From Flectonema sp. DT1601 (taxonomy: Eukaryota), in assembly GCA_964019425.1 (NCBI GenBank), contig OZ025802.1, positions 186,001 to 250,000 of the forward strand: DNA of 64,000 nt, in the 5' to 3' direction. Under the pieces are notes generated by a model. The model was not told the origin of the DNA. It searched no databases and saw only the letters and a list, made by a program, of their open reading frames with translations. Positions within the stretch are counted from its first letter, which is position 1, and each line of letters starts with the position of its first letter. Below are positions 1-13,700 of this stretch, piece after piece. The translations under genes were made by a program, and so were the position numbers.

Positions 1-150
1 AACAAAAAAAACAAAACCAAAAGAAAGCAAATATAGCAAGGAGTTCACAAACTCTCTCACTCTCACAATTGAGTTGGAAGATGAGAGTTAGTACGGCATC
101 TTGTTTTCTTCATGAATAAGATTATTGTAATTAAATAACAGAAATATCAA

Positions 151-2271
151 CTAAGGAATATGAGGTGCAGTAGGGGGTACTATCCTTTTACTACTCTCAC
201 AAGCACCAAGCCATGACGGTAACACAAGAATAGAAGAAGAGATGTCTGAAGTCTCAGAGTTGCTAACAATCGAGTGAGTCGCGCTGTGTTGGTCGGTGAC
301 AATGCGACCTCCACCTGCGCAGACTCGTTTTTTGAAATTTCGGATTTTTTCAAAAGAGAAACTTGGAGAGACGTAGATCAAAACACCCTTTAAGAATGAC
401 GGAAGCCCAATTATACTTCCCGACTCTGGGAGAGATGATTGTAACTGAACTGTCTGCTGCTGTTGTTGTCTAGCCCATCGCTGTAGTTTTTCAATCCCTC
501 TGTCGATTTCTTCTCTATCGACATCAACAGTCTCGTCACTCTTTTCATCATCATTTTGCTTTCTGTTTTTGATTTCTCTATCACAACTGCCAGGAGGTGT
601 CTTATTCTTCGTCTTTTCTATTTCCTTCTCTTTTGCGGGAGATTGACTGATACTGGCAAGTACTTTCTTAGGAGGAGAACCAACCTTCTTCCAGGCAGTT
701 GTTATAGCGGTCGGTTTTGATGATATCTGAGGTGGTTCTGGTGACGATGTCTTGGGTGGTTCTGGTGTCTTAGTGATAATTTTCTTTTTGGGGGAAGGGG
801 AAGGCTGAGGAGGTTTTGGTTTTGGTTTTACCTTTTGTTTCGGTTTTTGTTTATTCAATTTCTTATTTTTTTTAACCGGTACGAGATCACCACCTGAGTT
901 AATACGACAGGCAGAAGACGAGTCAGAATCAAAACCATCCATCGTAGGGTCGCTACTGGCCCAAAAGTCACTACTACTGTCACTACCACTACCACTACCA
1001 CTACTCGCTGTGACGCTACTTTCGTCAGAGTCATCCGATTGAAGACGATATTGGTTTTCAGGTTGTCTTTTATTTTGTTTTTTCGTATCTAAAAGCCACT
1101 CTTTCGACACAATATATCCTTTCCCAGACGCATCAACTTCATTGTATTTTGGTGTATTTGTAAATGCTGTGACTAAGTGAGTCCCTCCATCTTTCCAATC
1201 GTTCGCATACCTCGCTCCTAAACCAACAGCTGCTTCTCTTAACTGACTTCGTATTGGGTTCTGAAATCCACTGAGTACTACACAGGTTCCTTCAAGCGGT
1301 TTTTTGCTGCTTGCTTTTGCCTTCTTTGGAGATGGCTCTTTTTTTGGAGATGCTTTTTTGATGACTTTCTTTGGAGCAGCCTTCTTCGGTTCAGTTTTTG
1401 GAGCTGGTTTCTCCTTCTTCTTTAGCACTTCCTCAATATGAGAATCACTGAAGGAAAAGTCAATAGAGTCTGGGAAAGTTGGTGCGATTTCTATTGTTTT
1501 TTGTTTTTTCGGAGGAGGTTTTTTCTTCGGAGGCGCCTTCGCGATATCCGAATACGTCAGATCGACAGTGTCTGGGAAAGTTGCTGCGATTTCTGGAGGA
1601 GGCGGTGTTTTTTTAAATTCAGTTTTTTGACTCGATGCCTTCTTCCCACTCGATTGTTTTCTCACTAATGTCATTGTACGGAGGGCAGTAAGTGGTGAAT
1701 GACCAATTGAATCACTTTCAGAGTCAGTAAGATCCATCATATCAGGAAGTACTATACTTGGTGATGAAGATATCGGTTCTGGTCTCACTTCTTTTTTTGG
1801 TGACGGTACCACCTCTGCTCCCTTATCTGTAATTTTCAGATAACGAAGACCTATTGGTACTCTTTCACTAAATGGTTGAGTTAATACAACTCTCATTGAT
1901 CGCCATTTCTTTGAGCTGTTTATTCGATGCATCTTATCGGTTTTAAATAGTCTTCGTATGTCCGTGTTTTTCTTCTCTTTGGCTTCTTTACTGCTGCGTA
2001 ATCCAACAATAGGAAGTAGTGATTGCGGGTCATCAATGAACTTTGATTCTTTTGATACCAAAATCTCAACAAACGCAGCGCAATTATTCACTATCTCTAT
2101 TGAGTCGATCTCTGCGTCTCTCGTAAACACGATGTCAATATGAGCCTTCTTCTCAGCTTCAGCAGTACTCCACATTGTTCTGTTCTCATTATTTTTAATG
2201 TTCGCTGCGGCATTTACATCATCTTCTGACGGCCAATAGCTTATTATTTTATAACTTAATTGTGTGCTCAT
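151..2271 (-). CDS. XRCC1: DNA repair scaffold protein XRCC1-like (N-terminal domain + two BRCT domains)
   Basis: 706-aa ORF. N-terminal IDSIEIVNNCAAFVEILVS resembles the XRCC1 N-domain. KPLEGTCVVLSGFQNPIRSQLR...THLVTAFTNTPKY closely matches XRCC1 BRCT1. A second BRCT-like segment (LPSFLKGVLIYV...WLGAC) is at the C-terminus, with Lys/Pro/Ser-rich linkers between. Confidence 0.9.
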   Translation of the reverse strand: MSTQLSYKIISYWPSEDDVNAAANIKNNENRTMWSTAEAEKKAHIDIVFTRDAEIDSIEIVNNCAAFVEILVSKESKFIDDPQSLLPIVGLRSSKEAKEKKNTDIRRLFKTDKMHRINSSKKWRSMRVVLTQPFSERVPIGLRYLKITDKGAEVVPSPKKEVRPEPISSSPSIVLPDMMDLTDSESDSIGHSPLTALRTMTLVRKQSSGKKASSQKTEFKKTPPPPEIAATFPDTVDLTYSDIAKAPPKKKPPPKKQKTIEIAPTFPDSIDFSFSDSHIEEVLKKKEKPAPKTEPKKAAPKKVIKKASPKKEPSPKKAKASSKKPLEGTCVVLSGFQNPIRSQLREAAVGLGARYANDWKDGGTHLVTAFTNTPKYNEVDASGKGYIVSKEWLLDTKKQNKRQPENQYRLQSDDSDESSVTASSGSGSGSDSSSDFWASSDPTMDGFDSDSSSACRINSGGDLVPVKKNKKLNKQKPKQKVKPKPKPPQPSPSPKKKIITKTPEPPKTSSPEPPQISSKPTAITTAWKKVGSPPKKVLASISQSPAKEKEIEKTKNKTPPGSCDREIKNRKQNDDEKSDETVDVDREEIDRGIEKLQRWARQQQQQTVQLQSSLPESGSIIGLPSFLKGVLIYVSPSFSFEKIRNFKKRVCAGGGRIVTDQHSATHSIVSNSETSDISSSILVLPSWLGACESSKRIVPPTAPHIP

Positions 2272-2993
2272 TTTGGTGGGCCAACAAAACTGTTAATTGA
2301 AAATAAGAAGTGATGTCTTAGATAAGTAAATATTAATATAACTTAACGTTGTTGTAATCAACAAAGTGAAAGTAAATTCAAATCACTCGAACACGAGAGG
2401 GAATTCATCCGCTTGAAATACGTTCTTGAGACGATCTAAAATTTAGTATTTTTTTTAGTTCTTTTTACTACTAAAGATATACACGCTCGTGATCACAGCG
2501 GGCGGACTAAATGTCTACGTTGTTGAAAGAGAGGAGAAAAATAAAAACAAAAAAGGAGAGAAATTGAACTTTTTCACGCAAAAAAGTAGTTCTAAAACAT
2601 CATAACACAATCACACTCTCGTGTCAGAACGTACTTTATGTAACATTTCCACACCAGTAAGAGATAGAACAGTGAACATCGTCTCACGAATACACAAAAC
2701 CTTTTCTTATTTATAAAAGAAATCGCCATGAAATTGAGCCAAGAAACAAAGCCGGCTGAAATATTATGAGGCGCAAAGCCTTACAGTTCGGAGAGTCATT
2801 CGCTATAATGGGTGTGTGAGGTAATTAACAAAATAAATAAATAAATTCCCTTTTTTTAAGAGAACCTAAAAAAAAACCACCTATTCACCCTCATGTTGAA
2901 TTGAAGGGAAATAAAAAGAGATTCCTAACTGAAAACAGTGAGGAACAAATAGTAAACAAGACATAGTAAGAGTACATCACACTACATCAGTAA

Positions 2994-4256
2994 TTATAAT
3001 TGCTCATGTTTGAATCGACTGTCTGGTTTCCAACATTTCTTCTCTGCTGCCCAAACAGCTCCATCAGAAGTCAGTTTCTCCCAAGCACCCGAAAAGTACG
3101 CCTCTAGCTTGGTAATGTCGGTGGCAAACTCGTGAACGATTCTACGGTACTCTGGATCGAAAGTCAGAGAAACATCCGTGGTCATCATCATCAATAATGG
3201 CTTTTCAGGAATATTCCATTGGTACTTGTCACCTGCTCCCTTGTAGTAAGTGTAGTTAGCACCATAGGTATCAAGGAGAGTAAAATATTCATTGTCCCAC
3301 TTAAACGGATCAGTAGTCCACTGTCCTTCTATTCCACTTGTGAATGTGTCAGTTCCCTTTCCAGTACCACACATACCGGGCCAAGGGTTTTCTGGTTGAT
3401 CCTTCGGAGGTGGACCTGCTCCCTTAGGACACGCACCGTGACTTCTACCGAAAGCATGACCGCCACCGATGAGGGCTACTGTTTCAGTGTCATTCATTCC
3501 CATTCGGGTAAACACATCGCGGACCTCGATCGCACTGTGAGCTGCGTCTGGGACTCCCATAAACCCTTCAGGGTTGACGTAAATCAGTCCAACAGTCGAC
3601 GTTCCGAGTGGTGCCTTGCAGTCTCCTTGAATAGGACAAGCAGGTTGTTCAGGTCCAGGACCGAGTGGCTTGCTGGAATTACCGTCAGCGTCGTCAATAC
3701 GACCGACGCATATTTCAGTTACGGGACCTCCCATGTGAAGAATCGAACTGGTTCCCGCCAAAATGAAAAGATCTCCCCAACTGAGAGCATCTCCGTACTT
3801 CTCTTTGATAGGCCACAGAAGTCCTCTAGCCTTGTCGAGGTTGGTGTTATCCTTCCAGCTGTTTTCAGGTTGGAATCTCTGACGACCTCCTCCACATCCT
3901 CCGCGTCCATCAGTGTGGCGGTACGACCCCGAACAGTGCCATGCGAGACGAACAAAGAGACCGCCATACGAAGTCCCCACCGCAGACGTTGGAATCGTAT
4001 CCGCCGGCCAGCATTCCTGAGACTTTGTCAGCATCTGAACGATATCAGAAATAACTGATTTAATATTTAAGTCTTTTACTTTCTCGTTGTACACTTCGAG
4101 TGACGGAACAGGTGCTCTGTCGGCAGTCGGAGTTCCGTGAAACTCTCCTGGGCAGTGAACACCCGTCCTCACGCCTTCTGACATCGAAGGGAACGCAGCA
4201 GCAGGACAGCTGGCAGCTGCCAAGAGGAGGAGCGGCAGTTTGTTGAACATCGTCAT
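2994..4256 (-). CDS. katG: Secreted catalase-peroxidase, single (N-terminal-type) KatG domain
   Basis: Motifs YGGLFVRLAWH, GRGG..GG.QRF.P, NTNLDKARGLLWPIKEKYG..LSWGDL, GLIYVNPEG, RMGMND.ETVALIGGGHAFG, TSGIEG.WT..P..WDNEYF. Hydrophobic signal peptide after MTMFNK (ATG at 4256). About 420 aa, roughly half a canonical KatG. Confidence 0.88.
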   Translation of the reverse strand: MTMFNKLPLLLLAAASCPAAAFPSMSEGVRTGVHCPGEFHGTPTADRAPVPSLEVYNEKVKDLNIKSVISDIVQMLTKSQECWPADTIPTSAVGTSYGGLFVRLAWHCSGSYRHTDGRGGCGGGRQRFQPENSWKDNTNLDKARGLLWPIKEKYGDALSWGDLFILAGTSSILHMGGPVTEICVGRIDDADGNSSKPLGPGPEQPACPIQGDCKAPLGTSTVGLIYVNPEGFMGVPDAAHSAIEVRDVFTRMGMNDTETVALIGGGHAFGRSHGACPKGAGPPPKDQPENPWPGMCGTGKGTDTFTSGIEGQWTTDPFKWDNEYFTLLDTYGANYTYYKGAGDKYQWNIPEKPLLMMMTTDVSLTFDPEYRRIVHEFATDITKLEAYFSGAWEKLTSDGAVWAAEKKCWKPDSRFKHEQL

Positions 4257-4525
4257 TATGTTGAATATAACTGTGGAAAGGTTATTGAGAATAAATATTG
4301 TGTACATTCCTATCGACCAAATACTAAAATGCCAACAACCCCAACTATCATACCCCTTAATGGACTTAATGGACTGTAAGAAGAAGAAAATATAACTACA
4401 AAAGAACTCCTCACAACATAAACAAGATATTTTTCAGGTATTGGGTGAAATAAAGGTTAATAAATACAATATAGAGGTATAAATGAGGTGTAAGAGTTTT
4501 GGGAAGAATTGGGAAGTGGATTTGT

Positions 4526-4559
<34 letters not shown>

Positions 4560-4782
4560 GCAACAGCGACATAGGTTTTCATAACTGCTGTAAAAGACGA
4601 TATTTGTTCATCAAATGACACATCAGCTTAGTATTTGTTGCGTCAGGAAATGACGTACAAGTGAAGAAACAAAAGCATTAGTTCGAGGTATGCTAATGGA
4701 GAATCAACAATTACGTGTAAACGTAATATCTCCATAAACAGATTGTGTGTAGATAAGATAATTGTTTCACAACAAGCGACTG

Positions 4783-7700
4783 TTAGTCAACTGAACACAA
4801 TAAACAAACCCCCCGAAGCTGCCAGAAATTCTTAGCACTGATGCCGTCTAGATCCTCACAAGCGAGACTGACGTCGAATATCCAATTGATATCGTTTCGT
4901 GTGCTGTACTTGTAAACTGGGCAGTCGTATTTCGCCATTTTTTCTTTTCCTTTAGCACCACCAGGTGGGGGACGACGAGTGTCGTCACCTTGGACAGCAG
5001 TGACATAAAGAATAGGAAGTTCTTTTGGAGGATCTTTCGGAGCCGGATCACGAAGACGCTGACGTACTTTATCCCATCCAGCGCCTTCAAGGTATAACCC
5101 ATGAATGAATACTCCTTCTTGAGGTGGGCGTTCAACTTCATGTTTTTCAACTTTTTGAACTTCTGTTCGTAAAGAGACGTCATCGAGAGCCCATCCTTCA
5201 GACTTGTGAGCTCGAGTCACTTCTTGTCTGACAGATGTCAAGAATCCCTGTGGATTATAGAAACCAGTTAACCAATACTTTGCAGGCCTATCTTCTTTCG
5301 TCCATAAGTCAAGTTGTCTTTGTCTCGTTAACACTTCTTCGAACCACAATCCCATAGTAGGAGAAGGCCAAGATACTGTTACCCATTTGGCAGGTACCTT
5401 TGCATCGTAGAGAGAATCTCTTGCTGATTGAAGGTCAGTTGACATAACCACAATACCTGCTATCGCTAGTTTTAAATCTTTTAGTGTGTCGTATATTAAT
5501 TTTATGCAAACGTTTAATCTCTCAACTTCCTGTCTGCAGAATATGTTTAGGGGCTTTTTGTCATCGATTTTTTTCATTAGTTCTCTGACGGCGTCGAGTT
5601 TCCAAGGAGATGGAAGTCTTTTGAGGAAATCATCCGCCATGTCGATGACGATTTGCTCCGGTGACTTACCACCTCCACCGGATGCACCTCTGGGTTGGAT
5701 GTCTAGGATAGTATTTAGAGTGTGTTGGCTTTGACGTGTTCTATAAATGATGTCGGCATTACTGTGAAGACCAAAAGCTTCTGGAGGATCGACCTCAGGA
5801 TAGAGTTCTAGGAATTCTTTGTGTCTAACGTATTCTTCATACGTTGGTATCCCATAGCCTTGGTAGAATTCAAATCCTGGATCACAAACAGATGAATTCA
5901 TATTTACTTCACATATGGTGTTGAACATTACTCTGTCTTTGTTGTCAGTAATTCGACCCCCGTATTGAATTTCAGAAACCATATATCTGATTGTCACCCA
6001 TGAGACGGATGCTCCTTTCTTAACGTCTTCACCAATAGTTGCCATGTGATTTTGTAAAAATTGTACGCTAGCTTGCCAATCACCTTGATTAAACTCGTAT
6101 GGTATGCAGAATCCTATAGGTCCAAATTTTCTTCTTTCAACGACGTTTGAATGAATGAAACATTGTGCGAATAGCATTGGTCTCCATTCCGGACGTCGAT
6201 AGCCATCAAGTGTTTCTTGGTTGAACCAACCGTATGATCTTTTCATTGAGGCTTTAATACCTGGAGGGGGTTCGTTAGTCAATTTAATAGATATTTGTAG
6301 CAATCCGATTGGGAATTTAGAATGAGGTTCTGACGTTATAAGAATCCTAGCCTCTTCACCAACTGCTTCAGGATCTAGCTTAACAAGAGTGTCCTCTAAG
6401 TCTTCTAAGAATTTTAAACCTAAATGACAATTTTGTAGTAAAGCCCATTCTCCTGATCCAGCTAGGGCTGCGAACGTTGCATCCATTGCTGCTTGTTCTT
6501 GACCTTGACCCATTGAGATTCCTCCTTGGGGAATTATTTGTTTTTTACGTCTCTTAGCAGAGGCTTCAATTAGCGATGAGGGGTCAGATCCTTGAGATAA
6601 TAAAAATATTATCGGAGTTAGACCAACAGTAGTATCGATCACTGCTTCGAAATCAAGTTGAAGTGGCTCTGCGTATTCCTTACCAAGAACTGTTGAGACG
6701 TAGTTTAGAGCTGCAAGCATTGCTCTGTCTTCTCTAAGTGCTCTAACTACGAGTAGTCGTTCAAATGGTTCTAATTTATCATCGATATCAGGTACTGGTG
6801 TAGACTCTGGAGATTCAATATCGTACCATTCTCTCCATGCTTTCTCTGTTCTTGAAACATAGTCTGGAAGTACTTTGAAGGTCTTCGGAGCTCCTTCACT
6901 CAACGCCAATATATTCAACCATGCTTTGTCTGGTAGCCATTGAAAAGGTTTGACTCTAGCTTCATTAATTGACAGTGCTGCTCCTCCTTTTAGTAGTGTT
7001 TGAAAAGCATCATGAGATAAACGAGTTCCGTCTCTCGCGTTAAGTTTAATCTTACAGGCCATGGTTAAGACAAATAGCAGACGATGTCGAGAGAATAATC
7101 CTCTAGTGATGTATTCAAATATTATTTTTGTCATAAGATTGATGATGTTGGTAATTCGTTTTGTTGTTAGCTGAGCAGGTTCAGAGTTAGCGATTGAATC
7201 ATCAAACAACTTTGAGAATTGCGGCAATGATGTCTGATACATCGTACTGACGTTACTCATATCAACGATTAAGAAATATAATACAGATCCTCTTAGTGCT
7301 ACAGGTCGGTATTCTTCCGATGCTGAGTTGATTCGTTTTCTAGTTTCTTGAGCCACTAGCAGTTTTTCTTTAATTTCAGCGCTGGCTTTCTTCGCGTCAG
7401 CGAGTGTCGCTATCAACTCATCATCATCGATGAGGTTTCCTTTTGAAGCTGCGAGTTGAGCTAATAATCTATCTTCAAATTCTTTCAGTCGTTTTTCGTT
7501 GTTGTTAACCTCTTCTATTAGTTTCGCACGTTCCTCTTCTAACTCGTGTTTTTCTTTACCAATGACTTGACCTAAAAGTTGCTGTTCCAATCCTTGCATT
7601 GTCACAGTCATATCGACAACAAGAGTTTTTGCGAATAATTCAGGTGTGAAGAGTGGATTAGGTAGTCTGGTTGCCATTGCTAATTTAAAATTATCATCAT

Positions 7701-10700
7701 AGTCGTGTGCCTTGTCGTTGATGATGATGTTTTGCATTCTTCCAGCACGGATTATTTGTTTATCTAAAACAGGGTCAATTATCGGATCGATACTTTCTAC
7801 ACAATTTTCAATTATTAAACATTTTCCATCTTGAAGTTGAGTCGAAAGATGATCTGGAAACTTCTTATCAGAGAATTGAGTTACAACACTTTCTGAATAT
7901 CTGCTTCGAAGCCATTTGAGACCTTGTCCTTGTGGATCAATTATCAGTGGATATTTACCAGTCTTTTTATTACCTAAATTAGTTGTTATCATAATAGCAT
8001 TTTGTACACTGTGATCGTCAGAAGGAAGACCTTCGATTTGCCAATCTGTTATTTGTGATTCCGTTGTCAGGAATTTGACTACAGAAATACTATCAGTGAC
8101 TGGTATCTTAAGCTTTACACACATGTTATAAAAGTGTTCAGTAAGTAAAGTGTGTCTAAACTCTGCATTAAATGGACCACAGTAACTTATAAAAGCACAT
8201 GATAGAGCTACGTCCCCGACTAGTCTTCGAACTCGTTCTTTAAATTCGTTGCTTTGAGTGGTCCATCGTTCTCGTTCACCAGAAAGGGCGTCGATGAGAC
8301 CATTCGCTGCGTCCATTCGTTTTTTTGTTGTCAATGCATCGTCTTCAAGTGCTTGTTTTTTAGCTTTTGCTGCATCAAGTTTTGCCTGACATTTTGCTCT
8401 ATCCTCTTGTACCAGGTGTAGTTCTGCTTCTTTTTCATCTAATTTTCTGTTCGCGATTCGAAGTTGTGCTTCTGCTTCTCTTAAAGCTTCCATTTTCGGT
8501 TGTACGAATTTTGCAATTCCAATGTAGTCGTACATAGCACGTACCCAGAGACACATACCAGCCACGTCTTTAGCACTCTTTGTTGCAGTTTCTCCATTCC
8601 ACGCTTCCATGTAGAGATATGGAAGTAGTAGTTCGCAAGTTTCTTCGTTGATTTGATCTTTCTTTCCATTTCCACCTTCCGCAACAGCTTTGAATGCTAC
8701 CAATCTGTCGATCGCCTTCATGTCGGATAAGAATTTTCTGCCAGCTTCCCAAGAGTCGCGAATCCAGCTGCCTCCCTTTTCAGGTACGGCCTCACAGTGT
8801 TTATTTTCCATTGGGTCGTGTAGAAGAATGCAGACGCCGTCTAGAATTCTCTTGACTAACGCTGGAGGGTTTGATAGCTTCTTAACATTTTGCAAAGCTT
8901 TCGGATCGATGCTGTCGAGAGCTTTATTCGCAGCCTCTAACATCGGCTTCGCAGCTTCTAAGTCTTGCTCAGCATCGTCTTTAACAGCTTGAACCTTTTG
9001 GGCATCTCGCGATAACATTTCTTTTACCGCACCCACTTCGGATTCTTTCTTTTCAGCTACTCCAGTTGCTTCAGTGATTTCTAGTAAGAGAGTGTCTGTT
9101 TCTTTAGTTGCAACTTGTAGGTTTGCTTCTTTTTCTGCTAAGTTGATCTTCATTAGTCGGACATCTTCTCCAGCTTGGTGAAGTTTTTGAAGTCCTCCAC
9201 CGATATTATCTGCCAGGACATTGATCTGTTCAAATTTCTGTTGGTACACAACTAAATATGATTCCAAGAATGAGAGGTATGATTTCGGAGTGCTAAAAAC
9301 AGATCTCCGAAATCTAAGAAAATACTCCTCCGACATCGACAACATTAATCTGTGAAGTGCCGCCATGAATTGCATTAGGTGTTGTTTTGTTTGTTGGTCT
9401 GTTTCTATTTGAAAGGTACCAATTCGTTGTTTGCTGACGTCTAATAAAGCTGCTTCAGGCCAAGGAAAGAACCAATTAATACTACAGCCGGATATCAAGC
9501 TGGGAAATTTCCTTGCTCGGGTTCGAAATTTCTCTCCAACTGGACTCATGCAGAGGACGAAATGAAGACGAGAACGAACTTTGTTAACGAAGAATTTCCA
9601 AAGCCAGTCACCAGTGTCTTGAAAATCACGACCGCTTTCCTTCTTTGCAGGCATTCGAATATCATTAACGACAGCGTCTTTCTCATCGGTGGAGTACAGA
9701 CCTGGGATTTCACCACTTGATAAGAATCCATTTATGTACTCGAGGAACTGTTCTGACTTGATCTCATTGTCTGTAAATATAAAACAGACCTCACCACGAG
9801 TACCAGCGTATGTGTATTGCTCTCTGATATCATCGAAGAGTTGATTTATTCCGTAGCTCTTTGTTACAGTTATTTGAAACGTTCGATGTCCATGAATGCT
9901 TGCTGACAGTCTCGTTAGTGATTGTTTTCCAGAACCACCAACACCAACTAGTAGAACGTTACCTCTCTTTGTACTTAGAATTCTCACTATTCTGGTTACA
10001 TGTTTGATGGCGGCATCGAATAACACGAGTGATAGTTTCCTAGTTTTATTCTCTCCTGCTTCATTGTAAGTGCTCATTCGAACGTGTAGCTTACTTCGAA
10101 GAGCTTCCATTGATTCAACAGGTTCGTATAGCATTGGTGCTTCTTCTATTGTTTCACCAGTCTCAGGATCAATATCTGCTTCACGTAAAAAGTTTACCCA
10201 GTAGGTAGGCAGCGCGCATTGTTGAGCGATTGATTCACCTAGAAACTCTTTAATGCAGGAGACAATTTCAGTGTCGTACCAAGCTTTGTCGGATTCGCTG
10301 TTTAGCTTGTCGCTGAAGACTCGGCAGCATTCATGTCTCCAGAGATTTACTAAAGTGAACTCATCCTTGATGATCATTCTTGTACTCATACAGATCCCTT
10401 GAACGACACTAGCAAGATCTCTTAGATTAAAATTATAATGAAACTTCGCAGGTGTTGGAAGCATCTTTCCCTGGAGTCGTTTCCAAAACGTTAGAGACAT
10501 TGCTGTGAGTTGATCGGCAACTTCAAGTGCTGCTGGTGAGTATTTTCCATTCTCACCACTTTGATGAAATCGAGAAGATATTATAACTCCAAAAATCTGT
10601 TGAAGCGACTGATCACTCGGAAGAGGTACAAAATACATTGAAAAATGACGTTTTAATCTATTCGGTACATCATTCTTACCTCCACCAGGAATACCCATAG

Positions 10701-13700
10701 CAGCTGCATACTGTACATCGACTAGGTGAATAAGCTCACCAGCCTTTTCTAAGCTGTATAGTCGTTTTTCCTCTATTACTTGTCGAACTATTTCATTAGT
10801 GATTTGGTCACCCCATTCGTTCACCTCAGGCATTGCAGTATCATCTATGAATAGCGTTAGGTGTTTGTTTCTCTTCGGTCCGTAAAACTTTCCTTGTCGT
10901 TTTTCCATATTATCTAATAAGGAAGCTTGAAACAATCCCGGAGAAGTCATAAAACTGAAATTTATTTTTTTATAAATCATCAACTCTCTCGTCTCTGGTG
11001 CAATCGCATCCACTTTATTGATTGCTGATAAGAAGTTTTCCATTGTTACGGTCTTTGCTGTTCCAGAACCACCAAATAACAAACAAGGTCGTTTATTCAG
11101 ATACCCTCGTAGCATTAAATAGTTCAAACGGGTGCTGTCTAGTGTTGGTATGAATAAGGTGGCGAAGTCTTCAGCCATTTTTTTATCTCCGGGATATTTC
11201 CATTCTGAAACTAGTTCATTCCAGTGAATCCAACAATCATTTTTGACATCCACTTTATAATCGAAAATCGTTTCTTCGGGTATAGTCTTGCAATGCTGCT
11301 TAACAAAGTCATCATGAAACCTTTCACGATCATCTGAGTCAAGAAGTCCTGCAAACGACCATGACAGAGTGAACCAAAATATCTTTTCTAACAAAGACTT
11401 TGAAGGTGTGCCTTCACACTCTGCTAACAACGGAAGTAGAAGGAAGTAACTATTAATAAGCTGATGAGCAATACCAGTCTGCATTAGTATCGTGCATTCC
11501 TTGTTGCAGAATTTGATGGCGCTGTCGACGTGTTTCTCGTACATTGACATAAGTGTTTCTGACACCTCTTTGGACAGAACTGTAGGGCAGTCGATGGGCA
11601 CTATTCGTTCGTCTTTACGAAAAGCGAATAGCTTGGCTCTAATAACTGGATTCCATGGTATCCATTCTCCCCTACCGAGAGCTCCTCCTAACTCTGCTTC
11701 GGATACAAAAACGATTCCTGCTCTGGAAACTGTTGCTGGAGAAGCGTTGTTTAAGTTTTCTGGTTCAAAACAAACTTTCATGTTGTCAGTCATGTTGAGT
11801 CGATCACCTGATGCCAGTGTTAGAAGTTTGTTATCATCGAGGACTGTGTTTAGATTTTCAATCCAAATAGCGTCAACAGGTCCATCACAGACTAACCAAA
11901 CTGCTAAGGGTTTCTTACCTTCTTGTCGTCTCGTTTTTGCACAGGCTTGTCTCCACAGAGATGAGAATATACCATCGTGCCAATCACCAGTTCCAGCATC
12001 GAGTTTTCCAAACATTTGAGGTGCTGTTATAGCCTTTGGATTCATTCGCATTTCATTGTGTTTCATACCTCCTAGTTTTTCATCAATATCACAAAGTGTT
12101 TTTAAAACCGATTGAAAAATACAAGTTTTTCCAACTCCCGCAGGTCCTACAACCATAAGACCGTGACGTACTAGCTTTGTTTCATACAATTGAATACACT
12201 TAGCAACCCATGGTGGATGGTAGATTAATCCCATCTCATTGACGTGGTGTTTTAGGGCTTTTTCAACTTCAGCGTATGAGTTTTTATCGGGGTTTTTACC
12301 TGGGAATAAGTCCTGCAGGAGGGAATTGAACAAGTCGATATCATCGAAGACCAGCTTTGACATGTTCATGTCTCTTAAAGTTCTCATGAATAGGAAAGGT
12401 TCATCTTTTACTACGGCTTTGCGAAGAACTGAGCCAGCCGTTCGTAAGACAGAGAGGATGTTACGAAGTCCAAAATCGTAGTGGCGTTGCTTTGATAGTT
12501 GTTGCTCACACAAGTTATATAATAAAAAGAATTTTTGACTTAATAAGTCATCTTCTTTGTATCCTTGACCTCCTAATTTAACTTTCATAATTGCTTGTCT
12601 GTCTGGAACCATCATTGTGACTCCTCTGAAGAGGATTTTCAAGTTTTCAGGAAGTTCTTGTCTACCCGCATAACCGGGATTCATTGTGATAAAAAAACCA
12701 ACTCCTGCCTTGAGGGCTACGATGTCTTTGTCTGGAAATACAAATTCCGTTTTGTGAGCTTTCAACCCATTAAGAACCGATTGAATTTGTTGTGCGACAA
12801 CAGACAAGACGGGTAAGTCAATTCTGTTGAATTCATCAAAACAACCCCAAGCATTAGCTTGTGAGAGTCCTTTTATAATTTTACCCATCGCTTTATAGTC
12901 AAGTTGATCAGAGCAGTTCGTGACAATACAAAGTTTTCCGTATGTTCTCGCTAAGTCTTTTGTCGTTTCTGTTTTACCAGTTCCAGCTGGTCCAGCAGGA
13001 GCGCCACCTAACTTCATTGCTAGTGCTTGAGATAAAGTAATATAACATCTGTCTGTTAATGGGGTAATTACAAGTCTTTCCTTCACTCCGAGATATTCAT
13101 TACAGTAGACAGTATCAGCATCAGCGATCTTTATTATTATTTCTTCTTTTTCAGAGAAGAAGTAGAACCTTGCTTGTTTCAACCAATCAAACTGAGACGC
13201 GTCTCTCACCTTCCTGAGTGGTATGTCTCCCTTCCCAGCTGGACATTTCCAAACGTCCTGTTGATGGACGTGTATAGTAATTAAAGTTTCGATATTGATT
13301 CTTTCAGTTTTTTGTAAATCAGTTCTGGTCATGTCAACCAGCATTTCTTTTAAGTCGGATATACGACGATCTGCTGCTTCTCGAAGTTGTTTTTGCTCAC
13401 CCTTACTGGCAGTCAAGAAGTCTTGTACATCTTGAGTCCATAGTAGTTGCACTACCAGTAAGGATATCTGAGCTACGTAGGTTTGTAAACACTGATCAAA
13501 TAGTCGTAATTGACCTTGAAGCTTTTCAACTTCATTTGATGCTTGTTTAGCACTCTCTTTAACAGTGAGACACATTTGGTGTACCAGTGCGAGTAGCCAA
13601 CACTCGACATTGCCTACACATGGGACAGGTTCTAATAATGGAAGAGTCTCTCCTTCTGGGGAGTGCAGTTTAACAATTTTAATGACTCCTGTGCCTGTTT

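Noticed and set aside
3219..4058. 279-aa plus-strand ORF antisense to katG
   Set aside because: Shadow ORF of a GC-richer gene with no recognisable motifs; the same applies to the many short ORFs overlapping dynein and other genes.
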